NCBI RefSeq assembly: GCF_000009985.1
Contig: NC_007626.1
Coordinates: 3,238,833-3,262,832, forward strand
Reading direction: 5' to 3'
Length of the DNA stretch: 24,000 nt
Source of the DNA: Paramagnetospirillum magneticum AMB-1
Lineage (GTDB): Bacteria; Pseudomonadota; Alphaproteobacteria; Rhodospirillales; Magnetospirillaceae
Part shown: positions 1 to 8,092 of the stretch, piece after piece
Layout: the number at the start of each line of letters is the position of its first letter
Numbering within the stretch: the first letter of the stretch is position 1
Translations under genes and position numbers: made by a program
The notes under the pieces: generated by a model
What the model was told of the DNA's origin: nothing
Seen by the model: only the letters and a program-made list of their open reading frames with translations
Database searches by the model: none

Positions 1-2
1 TG

Positions 3-185
3 CACCGCGTGGTGCGCGCCGACGGGCCCGAGCGCATCGCCCCCGAATGGTGGCACGAGGATGCCGAGGAGCGGGATTACTACCGGGTGGAGGACGAACA
101 GGGGCTGCGCCTGTGGCTCTACCGCCTGGGCCATTACGGCCGGGCGGAGCCGCCGCGCTGGTATCTGCACGGGGTGTTTCCGTGA
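3..185 (+). CDS. imuB: 3' end of an ImuB-like (Y-family polymerase-like) gene, 5'-truncated by the window edge
   Basis: Frame 3 is open from position 3 to TGA at 183-185. It reads HRVVRADGPERIAPEWWHEDAEERDYYRVEDEQGLRLWLYRLGHYGRAEPPRWYLHGVFP* with GC3 bias. Its position directly upstream of dnaE2 matches the imuA-imuB-dnaE2 cassette. It is absent from the ORF track because no start codon lies in the window. Confidence 0.65.
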   Translation, partial: HRVVRADGPERIAPEWWHEDAEERDYYRVEDEQGLRLWLYRLGHYGRAEPPRWYLHGVFP

Positions 186-193
186 CCCTCCGT

Positions 194-315
194 CCGGCGA
201 GTGAGGGGCAAATCAACCGACGCGCAAGGCGCGGAGGCAAGGCCAAGGGCCGCCGCGCCTTATGGCGCGGAAGCCAAGGGCCGGCGCAGACGGCCCGCCC
301 GGCGACTGAGGGGCA
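194..315. repeat. Nested direct repeats and small hairpins filling the imuB-dnaE2 spacer
   Basis: CCGGCGAGTGAGGGGCA (194-210) recurs as CCGGCGACTGAGGGGCA (299-315) with one mismatch. Inside, GGCGCGGA (228-235 and 264-271) and GCCAAGGGCCG (242-252 and 273-283) are repeated. CCGCGCC-TTAT-GGCGCGG forms a hairpin (251-268). Confidence 0.5.
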
Positions 316-318
316 GAC

Positions 319-3300
319 ATGACTCCCTACGCCGAGCTTCAGACCTTAAGCAACTACACCTTCCTGGAAGGGGCCTCCCACGCCGACGAACTGGCCATCA
401 CCGCCAGCGCCCTGGGGCTGGAAGCGATCGCCATCTGCGACCGCAACACCCTTTCGGGCATCGTGCGCGCCCATGTGGCGGCCAAGGCGGCGGGCATCCG
501 GCTGGTGGTGGGGGCGCGCCTGGATCTCACCGACGGGGCCAGCCTGCTGTGCTTTCCCACGGACCGGGCCGCCTATGGCCGCCTTTCCCGTTTGCTGACC
601 CTGGGGCGGCGGCGCGCTCCCAAGGGCGAATGCCATCTTGCCCGCGCCGATGTGGCAGAGCATGCCGAGGGGCAGATCCTGGTGCTGATTGCACCCGACC
701 CCCTGGAGGAGGGCTTCGCCGCCCAGCTGGCGGAGTGGCGAACGGTGGTGGGTGATCGGCTCTACCTAGCCGCCACCCGCCGCTTCAGAGGCGACGACGG
801 CGAACGGCTGAGGGTTCTGGCCGGGTTCGGCATTCCCCTGGTGGCCACCAACGACGTTCTCTATCACACGCCCGCCCGCCGTCCCCTGGCCGACGTGCTG
901 ACCTGCATCCGGCAAGGCACCACCCTGGCGGCGGCGGGCTGGGCGCTGTCCGCCCATGGCGAGCGCCACCTGAAAAGCCCGGCCGAGATGGCCCGGCTGT
1001 TCGCGGCCTGTCCCGAGGCCCTGGCCAACGGGCTGGAGGTCGTGCGGCGCTGCCGTTTCTCCCTGGACGAGCTGGCTTACGAGTATCCCAACGAGGTGGC
1101 GGCCGGCATGGACCCGCAGGAACGCCTGGAGATCCTCACCCGCCAGGGCGCCGCCCGGCGCTATCCCCGGGGTGTCCCGCCCAAGGTCCAGGCGCAACTG
1201 GCCCACGAACTGGCCCTGATCCGCCAATTGGGCTTCGCGCCCTATTTCCTGACGGTGCATGCCATCGTCGCCTTTGCCGAAAGCCGGGGGATTCTGTGCC
1301 AGGGGCGCGGCTCGGCGGCCAATTCGGCGGTGTGCTACTGCCTTCGCGTCACGCCCGTCGACCCCGCCCAGATGGATCTGCTGTTCGAGCGCTTCATCAG
1401 CGCCGAGCGGGGCGAGCCGCCCGATATCGACGTGGATTTCGAGCACGAGCGGCGCGAGGAGGTGATCCAGCACATCTACGACACCTATGGCCGCCACCGG
1501 GCCGGGCTGACCGCCACGGTGATCCATTACCGCACCCGCTCGGCCATCCGCGACGTGGGCAAGGTGATGGGGCTGTCCGAAGACACGGTGGAGGCGCTGG
1601 CCAAAGCCAATTCCGGCTGGGGGCGGCGCGGCATCAAGGACGAGCATGTGCGCGAGCTGGGCCTTGATCCCACCGAGCCGGGGCTGGCCCGCACCCTGAG
1701 CCTGGCCGAGGAGCTGACCGGCTTTCCCCGCCACCTGTCCCAGCATGTGGGCGGCTTCGTCATCTCCAAGGGGCGCCTGGACGAATTGGTGCCCATCGAG
1801 AACGCCGGCATGGAGGACCGCACCGTCATCCAGTGGGACAAGGACGACCTCGACGCCCTGGGACTGATGAAGGTGGATGTTCTGGCGCTGGGCATGCTGA
1901 GCTGCATCCGCAAGGCCTTCGACCTGCTGCGCCTCCATCACGGCCGCGATCTGTGCCTCGCCACCCTGCCGCGCGAGGATGCCTCCACCTACGACATGCT
2001 GTGCAAGGCCGACGCGGTGGGCGTCTTCCAGGTGGAAAGCCGCGCCCAGATGAGCATGCTGCCCCGCCTCAGGCCCCGGCGCTTCTACGATCTGGTGGTC
2101 GAGGTGGCCATCGTGCGGCCCGGCCCCATCCAGGGCGGCATGGTCCACCCCTATCTGCGCCGCCGCCAGGGCAAGGAGACGGTGGACTACCCCTCCGAGG
2201 AACTGCGTCAGGTGCTGGGCAAGACCCTGGGCGTGCCGCTGTTCCAGGAGCAGGCCATGAAGATCGCCATGGTGGCGGCGGGCTTCACCGCATCCGAGGC
2301 CGACGGGTTGCGCCGGGCCATGGCCACCTTCCGCCACACCGGCCAGGTGGGGGCCTATGGCGACAAGCTGATCGGCGGCATGGTGGCGCGAGGTTACGAA
2401 CGCGACTTCGCCGAGCGGGTGTTCAAGCAGATCGAAGGCTTCGGCGAATACGGCTTCCCCGAAAGCCACGCCGCCGCCTTCGCCCATCTGGTCTATGTCT
2501 CGGCCTGGCTGAAATGCCATTACCCGGCGGCCTTCGCCTGTGCCCTGCTCAACAGCCAGCCCATGGGCTTTTACGCCCCCGCCCAGATCGTGCGAGACGC
2601 CGCCGACCACGGCGTGGAAATCCGGCCGGTGGACGTCAATCACAGTGACTGGGACTGCACCCTGGAGGGCAAAGCCCTGCGCCTAGGCCTGCGCCAGGTC
2701 AGCGGATTGGCCCGGCGCGACGGCGAGCGGCTGGCGGCGGCGCGGGGAGCGGGCTATGCCTCGGCCTACGGCCTGTGGCGGACCTCGGGCCTGGAGCGGG
2801 CCGCCCTGGACCGGCTGGCCGCCGCCGACGCCTTCGGCTCCATGGGTCTCGGCCGCCGCGAGGCCGCCTGGGCGATCAAGGCGCTGGACGCCCCGCCCCT
2901 GCCGCTGTTCGAGGAGGCTCCGCCGCCGCCCGAGGCCAAGGTCGCCCTGCCCCCCGCCTCGGTGGGAGAGGAGGTGGTAGGCGACTATGCCGCCCTGAAG
3001 CTGTCGCTGAAATGCCATCCCCTGGCGGTGCTGCGCGATCCCTTCCGTGTCCTGGGCATCATGACCAACGCCTCCCTCAAGGACCGCAAGGGCGGGCGCG
3101 TGGCGGTGTCCGGCCTAGTGCTGGTGCGCCAGCGTCCCGGCAGCGCCAACGGCGTGCTGTTCATCACCCTGGAGGACGAGACCGGCATCGCCAACATTGT
3201 GGTCTGGCCCGACATGTTCGAGACATTCCGCCGCCCGATCCTGGGCGGCCATCTGCTGCGGGTCGATGGCCGCGTCCAGTCCGAGGACGGGGTGATCCAC

Positions 3301-3387
3301 GTGGTGGCGGAGAAGATCGAGGACCTCTCGGCCCATCTCGGCGCCCTGGCCCGGGGAAGCCACTATCCCTCCCGCGATTTCCGCTGA
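319..3387 (+). CDS. dnaE2: Error-prone DNA polymerase III alpha-subunit paralogue DnaE2 (ImuC)
   Basis: A 1022-aa ORF with a PHP-like N-terminus (SNYTFLEGASH). The polymerase active-site region reads GEPPDIDVDFEHERREEVIQHIY. It carries FQVESRAQM and GFPESHAAAFA motifs and a C-terminal OB fold (VLFITLEDETGIANIVVWPD). ATG 319 is preceded by GAGGGG. Confidence 0.95.
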   Translation: MTPYAELQTLSNYTFLEGASHADELAITASALGLEAIAICDRNTLSGIVRAHVAAKAAGIRLVVGARLDLTDGASLLCFPTDRAAYGRLSRLLTLGRRRAPKGECHLARADVAEHAEGQILVLIAPDPLEEGFAAQLAEWRTVVGDRLYLAATRRFRGDDGERLRVLAGFGIPLVATNDVLYHTPARRPLADVLTCIRQGTTLAAAGWALSAHGERHLKSPAEMARLFAACPEALANGLEVVRRCRFSLDELAYEYPNEVAAGMDPQERLEILTRQGAARRYPRGVPPKVQAQLAHELALIRQLGFAPYFLTVHAIVAFAESRGILCQGRGSAANSAVCYCLRVTPVDPAQMDLLFERFISAERGEPPDIDVDFEHERREEVIQHIYDTYGRHRAGLTATVIHYRTRSAIRDVGKVMGLSEDTVEALAKANSGWGRRGIKDEHVRELGLDPTEPGLARTLSLAEELTGFPRHLSQHVGGFVISKGRLDELVPIENAGMEDRTVIQWDKDDLDALGLMKVDVLALGMLSCIRKAFDLLRLHHGRDLCLATLPREDASTYDMLCKADAVGVFQVESRAQMSMLPRLRPRRFYDLVVEVAIVRPGPIQGGMVHPYLRRRQGKETVDYPSEELRQVLGKTLGVPLFQEQAMKIAMVAAGFTASEADGLRRAMATFRHTGQVGAYGDKLIGGMVARGYERDFAERVFKQIEGFGEYGFPESHAAAFAHLVYVSAWLKCHYPAAFACALLNSQPMGFYAPAQIVRDAADHGVEIRPVDVNHSDWDCTLEGKALRLGLRQVSGLARRDGERLAAARGAGYASAYGLWRTSGLERAALDRLAAADAFGSMGLGRREAAWAIKALDAPPLPLFEEAPPPPEAKVALPPASVGEEVVGDYAALKLSLKCHPLAVLRDPFRVLGIMTNASLKDRKGGRVAVSGLVLVRQRPGSANGVLFITLEDETGIANIVVWPDMFETFRRPILGGHLLRVDGRVQSEDGVIHVVAEKIEDLSAHLGALARGSHYPSRDFR

Positions 3388-3586
3388 CCATCACGGGAAT
3401 TGGGACGAAGCCTCCACTCCGATCAGAACCATGGGCGACGGCTCAGAGTCATCCAGAACGGCCGGACGCCCCACCGTTCCCACCCCTTAACAAAGCCCCC
3501 GTCACTTAACTTGCGACAGCGCCCCAGATCACCAGCCTTCGCTTCATCTTGACACATTTTCACTAACCGAAAGGCTGGTGAAATGC

Positions 3587-3615
3587 TTGCCAATCGGGAT
3601 ACAGATTGCAATCAT
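3587..3615 (+). promoter_or_regulatory. Candidate sigma70-type promoter for the chemosensory operon
   Basis: TTGCCA (3587-3592), a 17-nt spacer, then AATCAT (3610-3615), in the lower-GC spacer about 35 nt upstream of ATG 3649. This is a by-eye match only and the -10 element is weak. Confidence 0.25.
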
Positions 3616-3648
3616 CTAATTAAATTCAAGGGTCGGGGTGGATCAGGC

Positions 3649-5568
3649 ATGTTCGAGAATTTGCGGCTCGGTGTGAAGCTTATGCTGGCCATGGGGGCCG
3701 CCATCGTCGTGGTGGCGACCATGCTGACCATCTCCAACCTGCGCGCCATGGAAGACGTCATCGGACAGGCCGAGCGGGCGGAACTGGAGGGTCATTTCAA
3801 GGCCGTCGCCGACCGTATCCTGCTGCAAAGCCGGATGGCCGAATCCCTGGCCAGCCTCACCGCCGCCCTTCCGGCGACCCAGGACAGGTTCGCCGCCGGC
3901 GACCGCGCCGCCCTGACCGCCATGCTGCAACCCGGCTGGACCGCCATGGCCCAGGGCTTCGGCGTCGAGCAGTTCCAGTTCCACACGCCGCCCGCCACCT
4001 CGTTTCTGCGGCTGCACAAGCCGGAGAAGTTCGGCGACGACCTGTCGTCGTTCCGCCGCACCGTCGTCCAGGCCAACGAGACCCGCAAGCCGGCCCGCGG
4101 CCTGGAGGGCGGCGTCGCCGGCCTCGGCATCCGTGGCGTGGTGCCGGTCGCCAAGGGCGGCCATCACGTGGGAACCGTGGAATTCGGCCTGACCTTCGGC
4201 CAGGGCTTCTTCGATGCCTTCAAGGCCGAGCGCAACGTCGACATCGCCCTTTATCTGATGGACAACGGCAAGGCCTCCACCTTCGCCTCCACCATGGGCA
4301 AGACCCCGCTGTTCGACGCCGCATCCCTGGCCAATGCCTTCGCCGGAACCGCCCAGATCATGCATGTCCAGGTCCAGGACGGCCCCCGCGCCGTCTATGC
4401 CGCCGACATCGCCGATTTTTCCGGCACCCGCATCGGCGTCATCGAACTGTCCATGGACCGCGGCCGCTATGTCGCCGCCCTGGCCGATGCCCGCAACACC
4501 GCCCTGCTGGTGGCCGCCCTGGCCCTGGCCCTCGGGTTGGCCCTGTCCCTGTCCGCCGCCCGTCATCTGACCACGCGCATCGGCCGCCTGTCGGAAAGCG
4601 TCGAGCGGGTGGCCAATGGCGATCTGGCCCGGCCGGTGGTCGGCGGCGGCGCCGACGAGATCGGGCAGTTGGCCCTGGCGGTGGAAAGCATGCGGTGCCG
4701 CCTGCACAATCTGGTGGGCCAGGTCCGCTCCCACGCCCTGGCCGCCATCGATTCCATCCACGAGATCGACGGGGCGGTGGAGGGCCAGGCCGCCACCTCC
4801 AGCGAAATGTCGGCCTCGGTGGCCGAGATCACCTCCACCATGGAGGAACTGTCGGCCTCGTCGACCCAGATTTCCGAACACTCCAAATCCGTGGTCGAGA
4901 TCGCCAACCAGACCTGGGAGCAAAGCAAGCGCGGCGCCGAAGCCATGGATCTGGTCATGTCCAAGATGGCCGACATCCAGCACGACAACGGCAACAGCCT
5001 GGGCGAGATCCTGGAACTGGGCACCCGCTCCAAGGAAATCAGCAAGGTGATGTCCATCATCAACACCATCGCCGACCAGACCAAGCTGATCGCCTTCAAC
5101 GCTGCCCTGGAGGCCGCCAGCGCGGGCGAGGCCGGGCGCCGCTTCGGGGTGGTCGCGGCGGAAATCCGCCGTCTGGCCGACAGCGTCACCGATTCCACCG
5201 GCGAAATCGAGACCAAGGTCAACCAGATCCAGGATTCCATCAGCCGCCTGATCATCACCTCGGAAAAGGGCGGCGCCAGCATTTCCGACGGCATGGCCGC
5301 CACCAGCAACACCGCCGGCCTGCTGGGCGGCATGGTGGATGCGGCGCGCCAGACCACCAGCGCGGCGCAACAGATCTCGCTGTCCACCCAGCAACAGAAG
5401 ACCGCCAGCAGTCAGGTGGTGGTCGCCCTGCGCGAGATCGTCACCGCCAGCAGCCACACCGCCCAATCCCTGGCGCGCATCCGGGAGGTCAGTCACGAGA
5501 TGACCCGGCTGTCCGGCGACCTGGGCCAGAAGGTCGGCAGCTTCTCGCTTGAAACAGCCGGCGCCTGA
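3649..5568 (+). CDS. Methyl-accepting chemotaxis protein with periplasmic Cache-type sensor and HAMP domain
   Basis: TM1 is LGVKLMLAMGAAIVVVATMLTI. The Cache-like region reads QFQFHTPPATSFLRLHKPEKFGDDLSSFRRTVVQAN...GLGIRGVVPV. TM2 is ALLVAALALALGLALSLSAA and the HAMP segment contains ADEIGQLALAVESM. The signalling tip is IADQTKLIAFNAALEAASAGEAGRRFGVVAAEIRRLAD. The start is set at ATG 3649 (MFENLRLG...), which gives a normal short N-terminus before TM1. The track start at 3583 adds a low-GC, non-coding-looking leader. Confidence 0.9.
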   Translation: MFENLRLGVKLMLAMGAAIVVVATMLTISNLRAMEDVIGQAERAELEGHFKAVADRILLQSRMAESLASLTAALPATQDRFAAGDRAALTAMLQPGWTAMAQGFGVEQFQFHTPPATSFLRLHKPEKFGDDLSSFRRTVVQANETRKPARGLEGGVAGLGIRGVVPVAKGGHHVGTVEFGLTFGQGFFDAFKAERNVDIALYLMDNGKASTFASTMGKTPLFDAASLANAFAGTAQIMHVQVQDGPRAVYAADIADFSGTRIGVIELSMDRGRYVAALADARNTALLVAALALALGLALSLSAARHLTTRIGRLSESVERVANGDLARPVVGGGADEIGQLALAVESMRCRLHNLVGQVRSHALAAIDSIHEIDGAVEGQAATSSEMSASVAEITSTMEELSASSTQISEHSKSVVEIANQTWEQSKRGAEAMDLVMSKMADIQHDNGNSLGEILELGTRSKEISKVMSIINTIADQTKLIAFNAALEAASAGEAGRRFGVVAAEIRRLADSVTDSTGEIETKVNQIQDSISRLIITSEKGGASISDGMAATSNTAGLLGGMVDAARQTTSAAQQISLSTQQQKTASSQVVVALREIVTASSHTAQSLARIREVSHEMTRLSGDLGQKVGSFSLETAGA

Positions 5569-6635
5569 TGCCAGCACGCGGCAAGATCTCTGTCCTGATC
5601 GTCGATGACAGCGGCATGGCCCGGGCCATGCTGCGGTCGATCTTCGAGGACGAGGACGATTTCGACGTGGTCGCCGAGGCCGTCAACGGCCGGGAGGCCA
5701 TCGAGATGGTGCGCCATCTGCGGCCCGGACTGGTCACCATGGATCTCGAGATGCCCGAAATGGGTGGTCTCGAGGCCATCGAGGAGATCATGTGCTCCAA
5801 GGCCGTGCCCATCCTGGTGGTCAGCGGCGTGGCCGACGCCCAGAAGGCCTTCGGCGCCATGTCGCGCGGCGCCGTCGACGTGGTGGCGAAGCCGAACGTA
5901 ACCTCGGCCAGGGAGGTGGAGGACTTCGTCGACAAGGCCCGTCTGGTGGCGAAGATTCCGGTGATCACCGTGCCCCGCACCAGATCGGCCCCGGCCGCCG
6001 GCCCGACACCGGTCCCCCAGGCCCCGCCGCCCCCGGCCGCGCCGCCGGCCGGCGACGGCGGCATCATCGCCATTGCCGCGTCCACGGGCGGCCCCCAGGC
6101 CCTGGCCGCCCTGCTGGCCGCCATCGGCCGGCCGCTGTCCTGCCCCATGGTGGTGGCCCAGCACATCTCCGACGGCTTCGCCTCGGGCATGGCCGACTGG
6201 CTGAACTCCATCTCGGCCATGCCGGTGCGGCTGGCCGCCGAGGGCGAGCGGCTGACGGCCGGCACCGTCTATCTGTCACCGTCCGAATGGAACATGAGCG
6301 TCACGGAGTCCCGCCACATCGCACTGGCGCTCCGGCCGGAACGGCAGGTCTACCGCCCCAGTTGCGACGCGCTCCTGACCAGCGTCGCCCAGGTCGCCGG
6401 GCGCCGGGCGGTGGGGGTGATCCTCACCGGAATGGGCAGCGACGGGGTGGCGGGCATGGAGGCCATTTCCAAGGCCGGCGGCACCACCCTGGGGCAGGAC
6501 GAAGGCAGTTCGGTGATTTTCGGCATGAACGCCATCGCCATCGAGCGCGGCTGGGTCCAGCGCGTGCTGCCGCTGGCGGAGCTGGCCGCATCTCTGCTGG
6601 AAATCACCGGGGCGTCGGTGGGAGCGGCCCCATGA
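5568..6635 (+). CDS. cheB: Chemotaxis response regulator / protein-glutamate methylesterase CheB
   Basis: The REC domain reads ISVLIVDDSGMARAML...LVTMDLEMPEMGG, followed by a Pro/Ala linker. The methylesterase domain has the Ser (AIAASTGGPQAL), His (VVAQHISDGF) and Asp (LTGMGSDGVAGM) triad contexts. The ATG overlaps the MCP stop by 1 nt. Confidence 0.92.
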   Translation: MPARGKISVLIVDDSGMARAMLRSIFEDEDDFDVVAEAVNGREAIEMVRHLRPGLVTMDLEMPEMGGLEAIEEIMCSKAVPILVVSGVADAQKAFGAMSRGAVDVVAKPNVTSAREVEDFVDKARLVAKIPVITVPRTRSAPAAGPTPVPQAPPPPAAPPAGDGGIIAIAASTGGPQALAALLAAIGRPLSCPMVVAQHISDGFASGMADWLNSISAMPVRLAAEGERLTAGTVYLSPSEWNMSVTESRHIALALRPERQVYRPSCDALLTSVAQVAGRRAVGVILTGMGSDGVAGMEAISKAGGTTLGQDEGSSVIFGMNAIAIERGWVQRVLPLAELAASLLEITGASVGAAP

Positions 6636-8089
6636 ACGCCGCCGAACTGGCCCCCTTCAAGGACCTGATCCGGACCCGCTGCGGCCTGCTGCTCGAAGGC
6701 GTCGGCGAGGAGCCCCTGGTCATCGCCATCCGCAAGCGCATGGCGGAAGCGGGCGTCGCCGGTCTGGCCGGATATCTCGCCAGATTGGTGGCCGCCGAGG
6801 ACGAATTCCAGGAATTCGTCACCCTGCTGACCATCAACGAGACCTATTTCTACCGCGAGCCCGAGCAACTGATGTTGCTGGTCGACCGTCTGATGCCGCG
6901 CCTGCTGGCCGACGAATCGGCCGGCCTGCCCATCACCATCCTGTCGGCCGGCTGCTCGTCGGGGGAAGAACCCTATTCCATCGCCATCGCCCTGTTGGAA
7001 AAGTTCGGTGAGGCGGCGGCGCGCATGGTGCGAATTCTGGGCGGCGACATCGACCATCACGCCCTGGCGCGGGCCCGGGCGGGACGCTACACCGCCTTTT
7101 CCTTCCGCAGCCTGGCGCCGGAACTGCGCCGACGCTACTTCCAGCCCGCCGGGCGGGACGCCATGGTGGTGGATGAGCGGGTCAAGGCCATGGTGAGCTT
7201 CCATCACCTCAACCTCCTGGCCGAGACCTTTCCGCCCGCCCTCGGCGCCTTGGACGTGGTGTTCTTCCGCAACGTCTCCATCTATTTCGACGTTTTGACC
7301 CGCAGAACCATTCAGCAGGCCTTCCGCCGCGTCATGACCCCCAGGGGGCATCTGGTGATCGGCTCGGCCGAGACCCTGGCCAATGACCTGGGCGTGTTCC
7401 GGCTGGTGGAGGATGAGGGCGCCTTCTATTTCGTCCAAGGCGACAGGGCCGGCCCGCCCGTCCCCATCCTCCCCGCTCCCCATCCGGCGCCCGTGCCGCC
7501 CCGCCCCGCCCCGGCTCCCGCCCGGCTGCATCTGGTTCCTCCGACGCCACCACCGGCCCCGCCGCCGGCGCCATCCCCCGGAATCACCGTGGAGGAGGCC
7601 CGCGCCCTGATCCGCGACAAGCGCTTCGACCGCATCGACCTGCTGCTGGGCGCCCGCAACCGTCAGCTTCCGGCCGACGCCACCCTGCTGGCGCTGGAGG
7701 GCTATGCCCGCCTGATGAGCCGCGACTTCGCCGCCGCCGCCGAGTTGGGCGCCAGGGCGCTGGCCGCCGACGAGTGGTCGGTGGACGGGCTGGTCCTGCT
7801 GGGGCTGGCCGCCAAATGGCGCGACGCGGCGCAGGACGCCATCGGCTGGTTCAAGAAGGCGGTCTATCTCCGCCCCGAATGCTGGCCCGCCCATTATTAC
7901 CTGGCCGAGCTGTACCGTTCGGCCGACAGCCCCGACCTGTCCCGGCGCAGCTATCGCGTGGCCTTGCAGCAATTGTCGGGGCAGCCCGAGCCCGATGGCG
8001 GGCTGGCCCTGCCGCTGGGGCTGCCCGTGGCCGAGGTCCTGTTCCTGTGCGAGCGCCAGGCCGGCACCGCCCGATCGGCGCAGAGGTAG
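6632..8089 (+). CDS. cheR: Chemotaxis methyltransferase CheR with a C-terminal TPR domain
   Basis: Begins MNAAELAPFKDLIRTRCGLLLEG. The SAM-binding region is ITILSAGCSSGEEPYSIAIAL, with FFRNVSIYFD downstream. A long Pro-rich linker leads to TPR-like repeats (LLALEGYARLM..., WFKKAVYLRPECWPAHYYLAELY). The start is an ATGA overlap with the cheB stop (6632-6635). The upstream part of track ORF 5792-8089 overlaps cheB out of frame. Confidence 0.9.
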   Translation: MNAAELAPFKDLIRTRCGLLLEGVGEEPLVIAIRKRMAEAGVAGLAGYLARLVAAEDEFQEFVTLLTINETYFYREPEQLMLLVDRLMPRLLADESAGLPITILSAGCSSGEEPYSIAIALLEKFGEAAARMVRILGGDIDHHALARARAGRYTAFSFRSLAPELRRRYFQPAGRDAMVVDERVKAMVSFHHLNLLAETFPPALGALDVVFFRNVSIYFDVLTRRTIQQAFRRVMTPRGHLVIGSAETLANDLGVFRLVEDEGAFYFVQGDRAGPPVPILPAPHPAPVPPRPAPAPARLHLVPPTPPPAPPPAPSPGITVEEARALIRDKRFDRIDLLLGARNRQLPADATLLALEGYARLMSRDFAAAAELGARALAADEWSVDGLVLLGLAAKWRDAAQDAIGWFKKAVYLRPECWPAHYYLAELYRSADSPDLSRRSYRVALQQLSGQPEPDGGLALPLGLPVAEVLFLCERQAGTARSAQR

Positions 8090-8092
8090 CCC

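Noticed and set aside
319-420. The DnaE2 N-terminal PHP region lacks the HxH metal-binding motif (reads LQTLSNYTFLEGASH)
   Set aside because: From memory, DnaE2-type paralogues often have degenerate PHP motifs. I cannot show from the sequence alone that this is unusual for the family.
766-2643. A 625-aa minus-strand ORF opposite dnaE2. Similar antisense ORFs occur at 3643-5577, 10588-12123, 13275-14168, 14486-15511, 15883-16800, 16992-17759, 18143-19885, 21115-22089 and 22184-23929.
   Set aside because: All are compositionally biased shadows of well-supported plus-strand genes. None shows a domain motif, a signal peptide or sensible start context.
5792-6631. The N-terminal 280 aa of track ORF 5792-8089, and similar 5' extensions at 11040-12281, 18170-18250, 19426-20232, 13293-13400 and 3583-3648
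   Set aside because: These extensions overlap the preceding gene out of frame or run through non-coding structure, and they translate to Arg/Gly/Pro-rich junk. In each case an internal start, either ATGA-coupled or preceded by an RBS, begins the recognisable protein.
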